From Pseudomonadota bacterium (GTDB taxonomy: Bacteria; Campylobacterota; Campylobacteria; Campylobacterales; Sulfurimonadaceae), in NCBI GenBank assembly GCA_043797085.1, contig JAZDQA010000005.1:1-64000 (forward strand): 64,000 nucleotides of DNA. The letters run 5' to 3'. Shown one piece after another: positions 25,998 through 36,662 of the stretch; the stretch's first letter is position 1; each line of letters starts with the position of its first letter. The notes beneath the pieces are model-generated. The model was not told the DNA's origin. It did not search any database and saw nothing but the letters and a program-made list of their open reading frames with translations. Position numbers and translations under genes: made by a program.

Positions 25998-26805
25998 TTC
26001 TATTGCCATAGGTGGATTTGATGGGATGCATGTCGGGCATCAGTCGCTTTTTAGCGAACTAGGTGCTCATGGTGCGATTGTAGTTATCGAGACAGGATAT
26101 GCAAATCTCACTCCCTCACGCGAGCGTGAGCACTACACACATTATCCGATTGTCTATTATTCACTGGAGGATATTCGCCATTTAGAAGGGGAAGAATTTG
26201 TAGCTATGCTTCAAAAACGATTTCCTCATTTGAAAAAGATTGTTGTGGGATACGATTTTCATTTTGGAAAAAATCGTCGTTATTCTCATGCCAATTTGGG
26301 TGAATTGTTTAAGGGTGAGGTCAAAGTGGTTCAGCAAGTCTGCATCGAGGACGATTCGGTTCATTCGCATAAAATCCGTGCCAAAATCCAGATTGGAGAT
26401 ATAAGCGGAGCGAACCGTTTTTTAGGACATAACTATCAGATTAAGGGTTCAGTCATCAAAGGGCAGGGGATTGGTAAAACCGACCTTGTTCCGACGATCA
26501 ATCTCGAATGTAGTGGTTTTTTACTTCCTTACGAGGGAGTGTATGCGGCATTAACCCGAATTGATGAAGAAGAACATTATCATCCTTCAGTTGTTTTTAT
26601 TGGTCATCGAGTCACAACCGATGGAAGTTATGCGATTGAGAGCCATATTTTGGGTGAAACGATTGATAGCTGTTCGAGTGCATCGATTAGTTTTGTAAAA
26701 TTCTTACGCAAAAATCAGAAGTTTGACTCCTTAGAGTTACTAAAAAAAGCGATTAAAAATGATATTTTAGATGCAAAAAAAGAACTTTGCCATCTGAGTT
26801 TATAA
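25978..26805 (+). CDS. ribF: Bifunctional riboflavin kinase/FAD synthetase
   Basis: GGFDGMHVGH, VGYDFHFG, PTIN, ESH. Confidence 0.92.
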   Translation: MDLSKVDSIAIGGFDGMHVGHQSLFSELGAHGAIVVIETGYANLTPSREREHYTHYPIVYYSLEDIRHLEGEEFVAMLQKRFPHLKKIVVGYDFHFGKNRRYSHANLGELFKGEVKVVQQVCIEDDSVHSHKIRAKIQIGDISGANRFLGHNYQIKGSVIKGQGIGKTDLVPTINLECSGFLLPYEGVYAALTRIDEEEHYHPSVVFIGHRVTTDGSYAIESHILGETIDSCSSASISFVKFLRKNQKFDSLELLKKAIKNDILDAKKELCHLSL

Positions 26806-26840
26806 TTGATATTACGCACTTAAAATGCGTAACATCAGTT
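26804..26840. repeat. Short palindromic element with AACTGATGTTAC-family ends
   Basis: AATTGATATTACGCA-cttaaaa-TGCGTAACATCAGTT. Confidence 0.7.
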
Positions 26841-26931
26841 TATAAGAATAAAGAACCCCTTGAATTAATATATTCAGATTTTTCTTATAAAATTGGACTA
26901 TAATTATTTAACGTCAATTTGGAGGTTTTTA

Positions 26932-27354
26932 ATGAAAACACGTGGATTATTCATAATTGGTCTTACATCTTTGCTGATGTCAAATGTATGTGCTGCAAAA
27001 ACAACGCAAACAATGAGTGACATCTATAAAGCTCGATGTGCTAATTGTCATGGAGTTAAAGCCAATGGAGTGCCAAAACTTAAAGAACAATTAGGTACAA
27101 GTGCTCAAGAAGCAGCCGCACAGGGTATGGCATCACAAGAAAAAGGAAATATTTATGGTCCTCCATTGAGCACTATGAGTAAAGAAGATTTATTTGATAA
27201 ATTGAAAGATTTGAGAAGTAAAGATTTTGATAGTAAGTCCTATCACTCGGTAATGCGAAAAAATTTACAACTTATCGAAGATCGTGAAGGTAAAATCAGC
27301 GACGAAAAAATGGCTGATTATATCTACACTACATTTGGATCTGCTGCTAAGTAA
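26932..27354 (+). CDS. Exported monoheme c-type cytochrome
   Basis: Signal peptide, CANCH; GGAGG RBS before the ATG at 26932. Confidence 0.82.
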   Translation: MKTRGLFIIGLTSLLMSNVCAAKTTQTMSDIYKARCANCHGVKANGVPKLKEQLGTSAQEAAAQGMASQEKGNIYGPPLSTMSKEDLFDKLKDLRSKDFDSKSYHSVMRKNLQLIEDREGKISDEKMADYIYTTFGSAAK

Positions 27355-27595
27355 TTTTTTTCTATCCCGAGTATTTTGGATGGGGATTTAGGTATTTCTA
27401 GCTGTTCGTTTATTCTACTTCTGTGTTAAAAATTTATGCAAAAAATAAAAACAAAAGTCGCTTAGAAGCTGAAAAAAAGCGATTGATGATGATATTTTAA
27501 ACGTAAAACATGAATTGTCACATTTGAGTTTATAGGAATTTAATCTCAAACGCGGTAAAATCCGCTCATTAATACCAACCAAAGGAACACACCAA

Positions 27596-28273
27596 ATGGG
27601 CGAGTTGTTTACTTTCTTCGGGCTTTTAAGCCATGATCACTCTTTTATCTACCTTACACACATGCTTCTTGCAGCGGGAATTGTTCTTTTAATTGCAAAA
27701 ATGGCAACTGCCAATATGCGTCTTGTTCCAACAGGATGCCAAAACGTAATGGAAGCCTATTTAGGTGGTGTATTGGCAATGGGTGCTGATGTTATGGGCA
27801 AAGTAGAGGCACGTCGTTACCTTCCTCTCGTTGCAACCATCGGTCTTTTTGTCGGTGTTGCAAACGTTATCGGTGTAATACCGGGTTTTGAAGCACCAAG
27901 TGCATTTTTGGATTTCACCCTTGCATTAGCATTGGTTGTTTTCACTTACTATAACTTCGAAGGTATTCGTCGTAACGGTCTTATCACTTACTTCAAACAC
28001 TTCATGGGTCCTGTATGGTGGTTGGCATGGTTAATGTTCCCAATCGAAATCGTTTCTCATATCTCTCGTATTATCTCTCTTAGCTTCCGATTATTCGGTA
28101 ACGTTAAAGGGGATGATATGTTCTTGATGGTCATCTTGATGTTGGCTCCATGGGCTTTACCAATGATTCCTTTTGCACTATTAACGTTTATGGCATTTTT
28201 GCAAGCGTTCATTTTCATGATGCTCACGTACGTTTACCTCGGCGGTGCAGTACTTCTTAGCGACGATCACTAA
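27596..28273 (+). CDS. atpB: ATP synthase F0 subunit a
   Basis: SLSFRLFGN conserved Arg, LQAFIF. Confidence 0.96.
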   Translation: MGELFTFFGLLSHDHSFIYLTHMLLAAGIVLLIAKMATANMRLVPTGCQNVMEAYLGGVLAMGADVMGKVEARRYLPLVATIGLFVGVANVIGVIPGFEAPSAFLDFTLALALVVFTYYNFEGIRRNGLITYFKHFMGPVWWLAWLMFPIEIVSHISRIISLSFRLFGNVKGDDMFLMVILMLAPWALPMIPFALLTFMAFLQAFIFMMLTYVYLGGAVLLSDDH

Positions 28274-28280
28274 GCTTCAA

Positions 28281-28562
28281 ATGAAACGTAATACTCACAA
28301 CCTCCTTTTGAGTTTTCTGAGCGGTTCTTCTTGGGGATTCGCTATTATCGGAGCGTGGGTTACGTTTCAATCCTTCATTTTTTTAGGTCTTGTGACCGCT
28401 CTTCTTTTTACCTTTCTCTTTGGATTTATCGCGTTATTGATCATTGTGATTTTAGAAAATCTTTTGCTTTCACGTGATCGATATGAGGAAACTCTCAAAC
28501 AAACAGCACTCCTCGAAGAGATACGAGACACCGTAAAAACACCTTCCAACGTCACTCTTTAA
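28281..28562 (+). CDS. Hypothetical membrane protein
   Basis: Two TM segments; start at MKRN. Confidence 0.7.
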   Translation: MKRNTHNLLLSFLSGSSWGFAIIGAWVTFQSFIFLGLVTALLFTFLFGFIALLIIVILENLLLSRDRYEETLKQTALLEEIRDTVKTPSNVTL

Positions 28563-28615
28563 AGATAAGCCGTTTTAGCTCCAACTTGGGAACGAGGGGA
28601 AAGGAAATATACTGA

Positions 28616-29167
28616 ATGAAATCCTACCTCATAACCGATCCCGCTTTTTATGGCAGTAATGCTGACTCACTAGAGGGTGCGCTTGATGTTGTTTTATCCT
28701 ATACTCTTCCCGATTTTGTTTTATTGAGAGATAAACAAACATCAGATTATCCGACTCTCGCACAGACATTTGTCACTGTATGCCGTGATTATAATATCTC
28801 AAAAGTTTTATTGCACGGTGATTATATGTTGGCTCACGAATTAAAAGCGGATGGGGTGCATCTCACATCGATGCAGTTTGATGCTATCCCTTTGGCAAAA
28901 GATTTAGGGTTGTTTGTCATTATCAGTACCCATACCCATGAAGAGGCATTAAAAGCGCAGGAATTAGGTGCCGATGCGATCACCTACAGTCCAATTTTTG
29001 TATCACCAAACAAGGGAGAACCCAAGGGTTTAGAGGATTTAAAAGAAATTGTGGATAAAATAGAGATACCTATTTTTGCGCTCGGTGGTATTACGACTGA
29101 GGAGCAGATAAAAGCGGTTCAAGAGTGCGGTGTATATGGATTTGCCTCTATCCGTTATTTTATATAA
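28616..29167 (+). CDS. Thiamine phosphate synthase (ThiE/TenI-like) family protein
   Basis: YLITD, LRDK, DGVHL, STH, SPIF, ALGGI. Confidence 0.85.
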   Translation: MKSYLITDPAFYGSNADSLEGALDVVLSYTLPDFVLLRDKQTSDYPTLAQTFVTVCRDYNISKVLLHGDYMLAHELKADGVHLTSMQFDAIPLAKDLGLFVIISTHTHEEALKAQELGADAITYSPIFVSPNKGEPKGLEDLKEIVDKIEIPIFALGGITTEEQIKAVQECGVYGFASIRYFI

Positions 29168-29185
29168 ATCAAGGAATTAATCATT

Positions 29186-30616
29186 ATGTTTGAAACCATT
29201 ATCGGTTTGGAAGTACACGTCCAGCTCAACACTCAGTCTAAACTTTTTTGCTCATGTCCTACGAGTTTTAATCACGAACAAAACACCAACACATGCCCGA
29301 CATGTTTAGCACTTCCGGGAGCATTACCTGTACTTAACAAAGAAGCGGTTCGTAAAGCTGGGATGTTTGGAACAGCGGTTGGGGCAACGATTAACCGAAC
29401 ATCATTTTTTGACCGTAAAAGTTATTTTTATCCCGATAGTCCAAGTGCCTACCAAATCACACAGCTTTATACTCCGATCGTTGAACACGGAAATTTGGTT
29501 ATTGATTTCGAAGATGGCAGCCACAAAACGATTCGTATTAACCGTGCTCACATCGAAGCGGATGCGGGAAAAAATATCCATGAAGGCTCTATCTCTAAAG
29601 TGGATCTCAACCGTGCAGGGACACCGCTGTTGGAAATCGTATCTGAGCCGGATATGCGTTCAGGTGATGAGGCGATTTTGTATCTGAAAAAGCTTCACTC
29701 CATTGTCCGTTATTTGGATATATCAGATGCCAACATGCAAGAGGGGTCATTTCGTGTGGATGTTAACGTCTCTATCCGCCCAAAGGGGGATGAGAAGCTT
29801 TATACCCGCGTTGAGATCAAGAATATCAACAGCTTCCGATTTATTCAGCGTGCGATTGAACTCGAAGTAGCGCGTCAGCGTGAGGCGTGGGAAGATGGCG
29901 TGTACGAGTCAGAAATTGTCCAAGAAACACGACTATTCGACCAAGCCAAACAAGAGACAAGGTCGATGCGCGGTAAAGAAGAAGCGGCGGATTATCGTTA
30001 TTTTCCTGAACCTGATTTGCTCAAAGTGGTTGTGGATGATGCGATGTATGCGGATGTTATTAATATTCCTGAACTTCCCGATGCAAAAAAAGAACGGCTT
30101 GTAAGTGAGTATGGACTTCGAGAGTATGATGCAGCTGTTATCACAGCAGACCTCGATACGGCTCACTATTTCGAATCGATGCTGACGTGCGGTATTACGG
30201 CTAAAAATGCAGTAACATGGCTTACGGTTGAGCTTCAAGGACGTCTTAAAGGCGGTATGGGTGCACATGAGTCGGCGATCACGGCGCAAACGCTTGGCGG
30301 ATTGGTTAAGCGTATCGAAGAAAACGTTATCAGCGGTAAAGCGGGCAAAGAGATTTTAGATTATTTGCTTGAAAATGAGACGGATGATATTGATGGCGTG
30401 ATTGAAAAATTGGGACTTAAACAAGTGAGCGATACGGGTGCATTGGAAGCGCTTATCGATGAAGTGCTCAATGCAAATCCTGAAAAATTGGCGGAATACA
30501 AATCGGGTAAAGACAAACTTTTTGGATTTTTTGTCGGTCAAGCGATGAAAGCGTCTAAAGGTTCGGCGAATCCTCAAACACTCAATGATCTTTTAGCTGC
30601 AAAATTAGCGCAGTAG
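29186..30616 (+). CDS. gatB: Asp/Glu-tRNA amidotransferase subunit B
   Basis: [35 protein letters not shown]. Confidence 0.97.
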   Translation: MFETIIGLEVHVQLNTQSKLFCSCPTSFNHEQNTNTCPTCLALPGALPVLNKEAVRKAGMFGTAVGATINRTSFFDRKSYFYPDSPSAYQITQLYTPIVEHGNLVIDFEDGSHKTIRINRAHIEADAGKNIHEGSISKVDLNRAGTPLLEIVSEPDMRSGDEAILYLKKLHSIVRYLDISDANMQEGSFRVDVNVSIRPKGDEKLYTRVEIKNINSFRFIQRAIELEVARQREAWEDGVYESEIVQETRLFDQAKQETRSMRGKEEAADYRYFPEPDLLKVVVDDAMYADVINIPELPDAKKERLVSEYGLREYDAAVITADLDTAHYFESMLTCGITAKNAVTWLTVELQGRLKGGMGAHESAITAQTLGGLVKRIEENVISGKAGKEILDYLLENETDDIDGVIEKLGLKQVSDTGALEALIDEVLNANPEKLAEYKSGKDKLFGFFVGQAMKASKGSANPQTLNDLLAAKLAQ

Positions 30617-30624
30617 GGATCACA

Positions 30625-32184
30625 GTGTTAAGCAGGTGGGTGGTTAATACCGCATTTTTTCTCCACACCTGGCATTCGTATCAACGGACTAAAATCTTTT
30701 TTTATAACTTCTTAGAAAATCAGCGTTATCCGTATAAAAAATATTTTGACATCTTTATGATGGGACTTATTTTTTTAAGTGTTTATATTTTGATTCGCTC
30801 GGTTAAGCATGAACTCCCTCATGGCTGGCTTATCTTTAATAATTACGTTATTTCATTGATATTCTTATTCGAATATATTCTCCGTTTTTGGGTGCATAGC
30901 AGTAACTCTAAAACGATCATTGAGCAATACGAAAGTGATGTTTTTCTCCATCGTCCTTTTTCGTTTACGGGAGCAATAAAAACCATTTTTGCCCAAAAAA
31001 TGGAGTACGTACTTTCACCTACCGCGATAATTGATTTGCTTGCGATTATGCCGTTTTTCCATGAGTTTCGATTATTGCGTATTTTTATTCTCTTTCGGGT
31101 TTTAAAACTCTTCCGCTATGCTAAAAGCTTGAGACGTCTTATCTCTATCCTAGCTTCCAAAAAATTTGAAATTCTAACCCTTATGGTGTTTACCATGATT
31201 ATGATTATGGTTTCATCGGTGTTGATATACGTGATGGAAGCGAACAATCCTGACTCTAAAATCAATACACTCTTTGATGCCGTTTACTGGTCGGTAGTGA
31301 CGATTTTCACTGTGGGTTATGGTGATTTTGTTCCGGTTACTGATGGCGGACGTGTAGTAGCTATGATGATTATTGTCTCCGGTATTGCGGTTATTTCATT
31401 TGCAACCTCGATTGTCGTTTCTGCGTTTACTGAAAAGCTCGATGAAATCAAAGAAGATAAGATGATTGACAGTGTCAACGCTTTGAAGCGAATGTATCTT
31501 GTGTGCGGGTTTTCACCCTTGGCACATGAGGTGATACATAAACTCCATAAACGGCATATCCCGATCGTTATTCTCGAAAAAGATCCCCAAAAGATCCTTC
31601 AAGCGAGGAAAAATGGCTTTTTGGCACTAGGTTATGATTCTGGGTCATTGCATACCTACAGTCATTTAAAAATCGATTTTGAGCGTCAAGTGGAGGCGAT
31701 AATATTGTTGCATGAGAGCGATGTTGCCAATATTTATACTGCTTTGACGATACGAGAATTGACCAAAAATATTGCGTTGTATTCGATTTTGCATCACCCT
31801 TCCAATCGTAAAAAACTTTTACTTGCAGGGATGGATCATATTATCAATGCACATGAATTGGTAGGGATGATGAGTAAAATAATTGCGGCTCAGCCGGTTG
31901 CATTTGAAGTTATTCATGCGTTGCGTTCGGAACAAACGTCTACTATTGTGGATGAAATCATCCTAGATTCTGATATGAAAGATCGTTTTTATGCTCTTTT
32001 GAAAGATCCTCTTTTTTATCAGCGCTTTAGTGTTTTGGGGATTTATAGCACTCAGTTCAAGGTGTTTCATTTTAATCCGGATCCGGAGATGAATATTGAG
32101 CCCGGTGATGTTGCGATTGTCATTGCCAATAGGGGTTTGATCGATGAATTTAGAACCAAACTTCACCGCAGAGGAAAAGTATGA
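30625..32184 (+). CDS. Potassium channel protein (6TM plus RCK domain)
   Basis: S4-like RLLRIFILFRVLK, TVGYGD filter, C-terminal TrkA-N. Confidence 0.9.
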   Translation: MLSRWVVNTAFFLHTWHSYQRTKIFFYNFLENQRYPYKKYFDIFMMGLIFLSVYILIRSVKHELPHGWLIFNNYVISLIFLFEYILRFWVHSSNSKTIIEQYESDVFLHRPFSFTGAIKTIFAQKMEYVLSPTAIIDLLAIMPFFHEFRLLRIFILFRVLKLFRYAKSLRRLISILASKKFEILTLMVFTMIMIMVSSVLIYVMEANNPDSKINTLFDAVYWSVVTIFTVGYGDFVPVTDGGRVVAMMIIVSGIAVISFATSIVVSAFTEKLDEIKEDKMIDSVNALKRMYLVCGFSPLAHEVIHKLHKRHIPIVILEKDPQKILQARKNGFLALGYDSGSLHTYSHLKIDFERQVEAIILLHESDVANIYTALTIRELTKNIALYSILHHPSNRKKLLLAGMDHIINAHELVGMMSKIIAAQPVAFEVIHALRSEQTSTIVDEIILDSDMKDRFYALLKDPLFYQRFSVLGIYSTQFKVFHFNPDPEMNIEPGDVAIVIANRGLIDEFRTKLHRRGKV

Positions 32185-32885
32185 AACCGCGTAGTGCCGC
32201 CATCTTCGGATACAATGAATATTCTAAGCAGATTGCTAAACAAATAAGCGCTGTGTATGACAATGTCGGTGTATTTGTAATCGATGAAGCAGAGTTTTTA
32301 GAAGCTCAAGATGATGGAATTATTGCCCAGCGATTTGATCTCAGTGATGATTGGGAGTCGATTGAATCGCAGTTTGATGTGAACGGTTTGATTGTTTTTT
32401 GTGCCCTTGCAGATGATGCTGAAAATGTTTTTTTGACCATTTCACTACGTGCAACATTTGATAAGCTCTTTATAATTGCACTGGCGCAAGACAATGAGAG
32501 TATGATGAAGATGAAGAGTGCCGGAGCGGATAAAGTCATGCCGATTTTGCCGATTGCCGCCAACGTCATCAATGATCTTCTGACCAAACCCATTATGACG
32601 CAGGTGTTGCACGATATATTATATGAAGACGGTGACCTTACGGTTTTGGAAATCGAAATTACGCAGAAATCCCCTCTTAACGGCTGTTATTTGCATGAAC
32701 TTCATTTCAAGCGTGATTTTGATCTTATTTTACTAGCAATTGTTGATCAGGAGATGGGGACGACGTTTAGTTTTGCATCAAAAGGACATAACCACCATAT
32801 TGATGCCGGAGATATTTTGGTCTTTATGGGATATGCCGAAAAGTTAAATGTAATAAAGAAATGGAATGATGGGGTGACGATATGA
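32181..32885 (+). CDS. TrkA/RCK family potassium-uptake regulatory protein
   Basis: TrkA-N and TrkA-C pattern, GADKV; coupled to the channel gene. Confidence 0.82.
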   Translation: MKPRSAAIFGYNEYSKQIAKQISAVYDNVGVFVIDEAEFLEAQDDGIIAQRFDLSDDWESIESQFDVNGLIVFCALADDAENVFLTISLRATFDKLFIIALAQDNESMMKMKSAGADKVMPILPIAANVINDLLTKPIMTQVLHDILYEDGDLTVLEIEITQKSPLNGCYLHELHFKRDFDLILLAIVDQEMGTTFSFASKGHNHHIDAGDILVFMGYAEKLNVIKKWNDGVTI

Positions 32886-33769
32886 AAGTAGGAGTAATCG
32901 GTGCTGGAAAATGGGGCGAGGCACTTGCCTTTGCTTTGAGTGAAAAAAACGACGTTATTATCACCTCTCGTACAGTACGGGATTGGAAAAATTTTAAACC
33001 TTTAGCTGAAGTGTTGGAGTGTAAGTATTTGGTCATAACCGTTCCCGCACAGCAAGTTGCGGCATGGCTTGACGAAAATTTTATTTACCATGGGCAAAAA
33101 GTATTGGTTGCGGCAAAAGGGATTGAAGCTTCATCCGGACGATTTTTAAACGAGATTTATGCACAGTATATTCCGGAAGAAAATCTCAGCTTTCTATCGG
33201 GTCCTTCTTTTGCGTCAGAGGTCATTCGCTCATTGCCGACGGCGTTGGTGATTAACTCGCACTCTCCTCAAACCGCGCATGAATTTGCAGCATTGTTTCC
33301 TAAATTTATTCGTACGTATATTAGCGATGATGTAATCGGAGCAGAGATTGCGGGAGCGTATAAAAATGTCATTGCTATTGCTGCGGGTATTTGTGAGGGA
33401 TTGGGTTTAGGACATAATGCGGCGGCTTCTCTTATATCCAGAGGTTTAGTAGAGATGCAGCGCTTTGGCAAGGTCTATGGCGCGCATGAGGATACTTTTG
33501 TGGGTCTTAGCGGGGCAGGGGATTTATTTTTGACAGCCAGTTCTTCGATGTCACGTAACTACCGTGTTGGTCTTGGATTGGCAAGTGGAAAAACCAAAGA
33601 GGCGGTATGTTCTGAAATCGGTGAAGTAAGTGAGGGGATCGGTACGGCGTATGCTCTTCATGAGATTGCAGCAAAAAAGAATATATACCTTCCCATTGCT
33701 GCAGAAGTGTATGCAATTTTAGAGGGGAAATCTCCAAAACAGAGTTTAAAAGATTTGATAGAACGGTAA
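32882..33769 (+). CDS. gpsA: NAD(P)H-dependent glycerol-3-phosphate dehydrogenase
   Basis: GAGKWG, SGPSFA, KNVIAIAAG, GDL..T..S..SRN. Confidence 0.95.
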   Translation: MKVGVIGAGKWGEALAFALSEKNDVIITSRTVRDWKNFKPLAEVLECKYLVITVPAQQVAAWLDENFIYHGQKVLVAAKGIEASSGRFLNEIYAQYIPEENLSFLSGPSFASEVIRSLPTALVINSHSPQTAHEFAALFPKFIRTYISDDVIGAEIAGAYKNVIAIAAGICEGLGLGHNAAASLISRGLVEMQRFGKVYGAHEDTFVGLSGAGDLFLTASSSMSRNYRVGLGLASGKTKEAVCSEIGEVSEGIGTAYALHEIAAKKNIYLPIAAEVYAILEGKSPKQSLKDLIER

Positions 33770-33775
33770 TGATTT

Positions 33776-33839
33776 GTCATTCCGTACAACGACACGGAAT
33801 CTAAAAAACAACTAGATCCCGTATCGAGTAGGGGATGAC
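33776..33839. repeat. REP-like double-hairpin element
   Basis: GTCATTCCG..CGGAATCT spacer AGATCCC..GGGATGAC. Confidence 0.7.
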
Positions 33840-33868
33840 GGGAAAATATTAAATTAAAGGGAAAAAAT

Positions 33869-34159
33869 ATGCTAGTACACATTGTTATGTTTCAATTCAA
33901 AGAAGAAAATAAAGAGGCGAATTTGGTGAAGGTTAAAGCAATGCTTGACGCACTTCCTTCTAAAATAGACACACTTAAAAGTATGGAAGTCGGTATGGAT
34001 ATAAGCCGCAGCGAACGCTCATTTGATTTGGTTTTGGTCTCTAAATTTGAAGATCAGGAAGGGCTAAATGAATATGCTGTTCATCCTGCTCATTTGGAAG
34101 TTGTGAGTATTATCAAAGAGGTAACAAGTCTCTCAAAAGTGGTTGATTATATCCAATAA
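33869..34159 (+). CDS. Dabb (stress-responsive A/B barrel) protein
   Basis: HIVMF.FK, Y..HP.H, VDY. Confidence 0.88.
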   Translation: MLVHIVMFQFKEENKEANLVKVKAMLDALPSKIDTLKSMEVGMDISRSERSFDLVLVSKFEDQEGLNEYAVHPAHLEVVSIIKEVTSLSKVVDYIQ

Positions 34160-34226
34160 TTTTTGAACTCATATTTTACTTATTTGATTGGTGTAAAATA
34201 TTTCTATATCAATTCGGAGGTTTCGT

Positions 34227-34580
34227 ATGAAAACATTAATGAGTTTAGTATCGGCTTCGGCTATTTTTGCAACGTTAGCATTTGCTGAAACACCTGTACA
34301 AAATCAAGATCAGGTTCAAAATAAAGTGCAAAACGAAATTCAAAATCGCTTTAGAGCGATGAGTACAGATGAATTGTTAGAAAAACGGGGAACAATGACG
34401 TCTCAACAAGAGCGTGAGCAGCTTCATAATGAACTGATGACTCGTGAGCAAAAAATGACGAAAGAACAAAAAGAAAAGTTCAATAAGCGTCCTCCTGAAA
34501 ATCGTGTTCCAAAAGGGATGGGTCAAGGTGGTGGTATGGGTAGTGGCGGAGGAATGGGCGGAGGTAAAGGGGGACGTTAA
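34227..34580 (+). CDS. DUF1104-like exported protein with Gly/Met-rich tail
   Basis: Signal peptide, MSTDELL..RG, GGGMG repeats. Confidence 0.7.
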   Translation: MKTLMSLVSASAIFATLAFAETPVQNQDQVQNKVQNEIQNRFRAMSTDELLEKRGTMTSQQEREQLHNELMTREQKMTKEQKEKFNKRPPENRVPKGMGQGGGMGSGGGMGGGKGGR

Positions 34581-34592
34581 TCGTCCTTTTTT
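34566..34592. terminator. Hairpin terminator between convergent genes
   Basis: AAAGGGGGACG-ttaat-CGTCCTTTTTT. Confidence 0.55.
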
Positions 34593-34613
34593 CCCTTAAA
34601 GAGAAATTGGCGA

Positions 34614-36563
34614 TTATTTTTTAAGTGCTTCTATCTCTTCGGCTTTTTCTTCGATTGTGAGTAACTCATCCACTTTTTCTTCATAGAGGGCTTTGGTTTT
34701 TTCGAGCTCTTGGGCTAAGACACTAATCCCTATTTTTTCATATTTTTTTGGATCGGCGAGAGAGGCATTTAGCTCATCGATTGTGGCCTCAAGTGTTTCG
34801 ATTTCTAGAGGAAGTTTTTCGAGGGCGCGCTGTTCGTTAAATGTGAGTTTGAATATTTTTGGTTTTTCAACGATACTTTGTACTGTGGCAGTTTTAGAAA
34901 ATTCCAGTGCCATGGCATCTATTTCTTGAAGCTCTTTCTCATCGTCGAGGTATTCGCTGTACGGTTTAAGACTCTCTTCGATTGTCCCATCACCCTTGAA
35001 AATAAAGAGTTTTTTAGCAATTTTATCGACGAAATAGCGGTCATGGCTTACCAAAATAACAGCACCAGAAAAGTTTTGGAGTTTTTCTTCTAAGATATTA
35101 ATGGTTGGGATATCGAGATCATTGGTCGGTTCATCGAGGATGAGACAATCGACTTTTTTGGTGAAAAGTAAAGCGAGTGCAACGCGGTTTTTTTCTCCGC
35201 CGCTGAGTGAGCCTATTTTTTTATCCAAAAATTCTCGAGGGAAGAGAAAGTTTTTGAGATAGCCATAGACGTGATAATCTGTCCCTTGCGCATCGACGCG
35301 ATCACCGCCATGAGGACAAAACGTCTCAATGAGATTGAGTGAATCATCGAGCATTTCGCGGTGTTGATCGAAATAGCCAATACTTAGTTCCCCTTGCTTG
35401 ATAATCCCGCTTGTAGGTTTAAGTCGTCCCAGCAGGGCTTTGAGGAGAGTTGATTTTCCGCTTCCGTTGGGTCCTACGACGGCGATGACATCTTTTTGTA
35501 AAATTCGTGTTGAGAAATCTTTGATGAGAAGTTTATCCCCCAGTGTCAGACCTAAATGCTCTAATTCAAAGAGCATTTTTTGACGATTTACCCCTTCTCC
35601 ACGGTTAAAATGTTTGGCTTCGCGTTCCAGTTCGAGACGCATCTTGTGGATTTTAGTGGGATTGTTTTTGGCATCTTCACGTAGAGCCAATACACGCTCT
35701 TTACGTCCTTCGTTACGTTTTAGACGTGCTTTTACCCCACGTGAGAGCCACTCATTTTCGGTTTTAAGCAGTTTGAGGAGGTTGTCGTGCTGTTGAGCCA
35801 TCGTGCGCAAGAGTTCTTGTTTTTGTACGAGGTAATTGCTATATCCGCCGGTGAATTCACGCAAAGCGCAATCTTCAACTTCGATGGTTTTGGTGGCAAT
35901 TTGATCGATAAAATAACGGTCATGGGAGATAAAAAGGAGGGTGAATTTTTCTTTTAAAATCAGCTCTTCGAGAAACTCGACCATATAAACATCGAGGTGA
36001 TTGGTGGGTTCATCCAGCAGTAAAATATCGGGCTTGAGAAGCAGCAGTGATGCGAGAGCGACACGACGCTGTTCCCCTCCGCTTAGGAGATCAACGTTTT
36101 TATTTTCATACTCCGTAAGCATAAAGTGATGCATGATGCGCTCGATTTTATCGTCCAAATTCCAAGCGTTATGATGATCCAAAAAGTTGCTTAAACGTGC
36201 TTGCTCATCCAACAAAGCAGTATTTTCATATTCAGTTGCCAGAAGGGCAGAAATCTCATCAAAACGCACTTTGGAGGTTCGAAGTTCACCCAGTCCTGCT
36301 TCGACTGCTTCTCGAACGGTATGAGACGGGTCAAATTTCGGAACTTGAGAGAGCATTTTGATCTCAATTCCTTGGCGTGTCATGCGCTCGCCCTCATCGG
36401 CATCAAGTGAACCGTGGACAATTTTCATCAGAGTTGATTTGCCGCTGCCGTTTTTACCGACGATAACGACACGCTCACCCTCATCGATGTGAAAGTTAAT
36501 ATTTTCTAAAATTTTCTGCGCTTCGTAGTGTTTGCTAACACCGAGTAAATCGACTAATGCCAT
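34614..36563 (-). CDS. ABC-F family ATPase (Uup-like)
   Basis: Two Walker A/LSGGE/DEPTN cassettes, no TM, C-terminal coiled coil. Confidence 0.92.
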   Translation of the reverse strand: MALVDLLGVSKHYEAQKILENINFHIDEGERVVIVGKNGSGKSTLMKIVHGSLDADEGERMTRQGIEIKMLSQVPKFDPSHTVREAVEAGLGELRTSKVRFDEISALLATEYENTALLDEQARLSNFLDHHNAWNLDDKIERIMHHFMLTEYENKNVDLLSGGEQRRVALASLLLLKPDILLLDEPTNHLDVYMVEFLEELILKEKFTLLFISHDRYFIDQIATKTIEVEDCALREFTGGYSNYLVQKQELLRTMAQQHDNLLKLLKTENEWLSRGVKARLKRNEGRKERVLALREDAKNNPTKIHKMRLELEREAKHFNRGEGVNRQKMLFELEHLGLTLGDKLLIKDFSTRILQKDVIAVVGPNGSGKSTLLKALLGRLKPTSGIIKQGELSIGYFDQHREMLDDSLNLIETFCPHGGDRVDAQGTDYHVYGYLKNFLFPREFLDKKIGSLSGGEKNRVALALLFTKKVDCLILDEPTNDLDIPTINILEEKLQNFSGAVILVSHDRYFVDKIAKKLFIFKGDGTIEESLKPYSEYLDDEKELQEIDAMALEFSKTATVQSIVEKPKIFKLTFNEQRALEKLPLEIETLEATIDELNASLADPKKYEKIGISVLAQELEKTKALYEEKVDELLTIEEKAEEIEALKK

Positions 36564-36572
36564 AAATTATTC

Positions 36573-36662
36573 CTAAGTTCTTGGGTACCAATAAAATGGT
36601 TTTTGATTTTGATGCATAACGGCGATAATGGTGAGACGATGGTTGATAAATTTATAGACGAT
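36573..36662 (-). pseudogene. C-terminal remnant of a RelE/ParE toxin
   Basis: Frame without a plausible start: IVYKFINHRLTIIAVMHQNQKPFYWYPRT*, overlapping the antitoxin stop. Confidence 0.65.

Noticed and set aside
27355..27500. Possible decayed small membrane gene upstream of atpB
   Set aside because: Only short interrupted frames with no recognisable family
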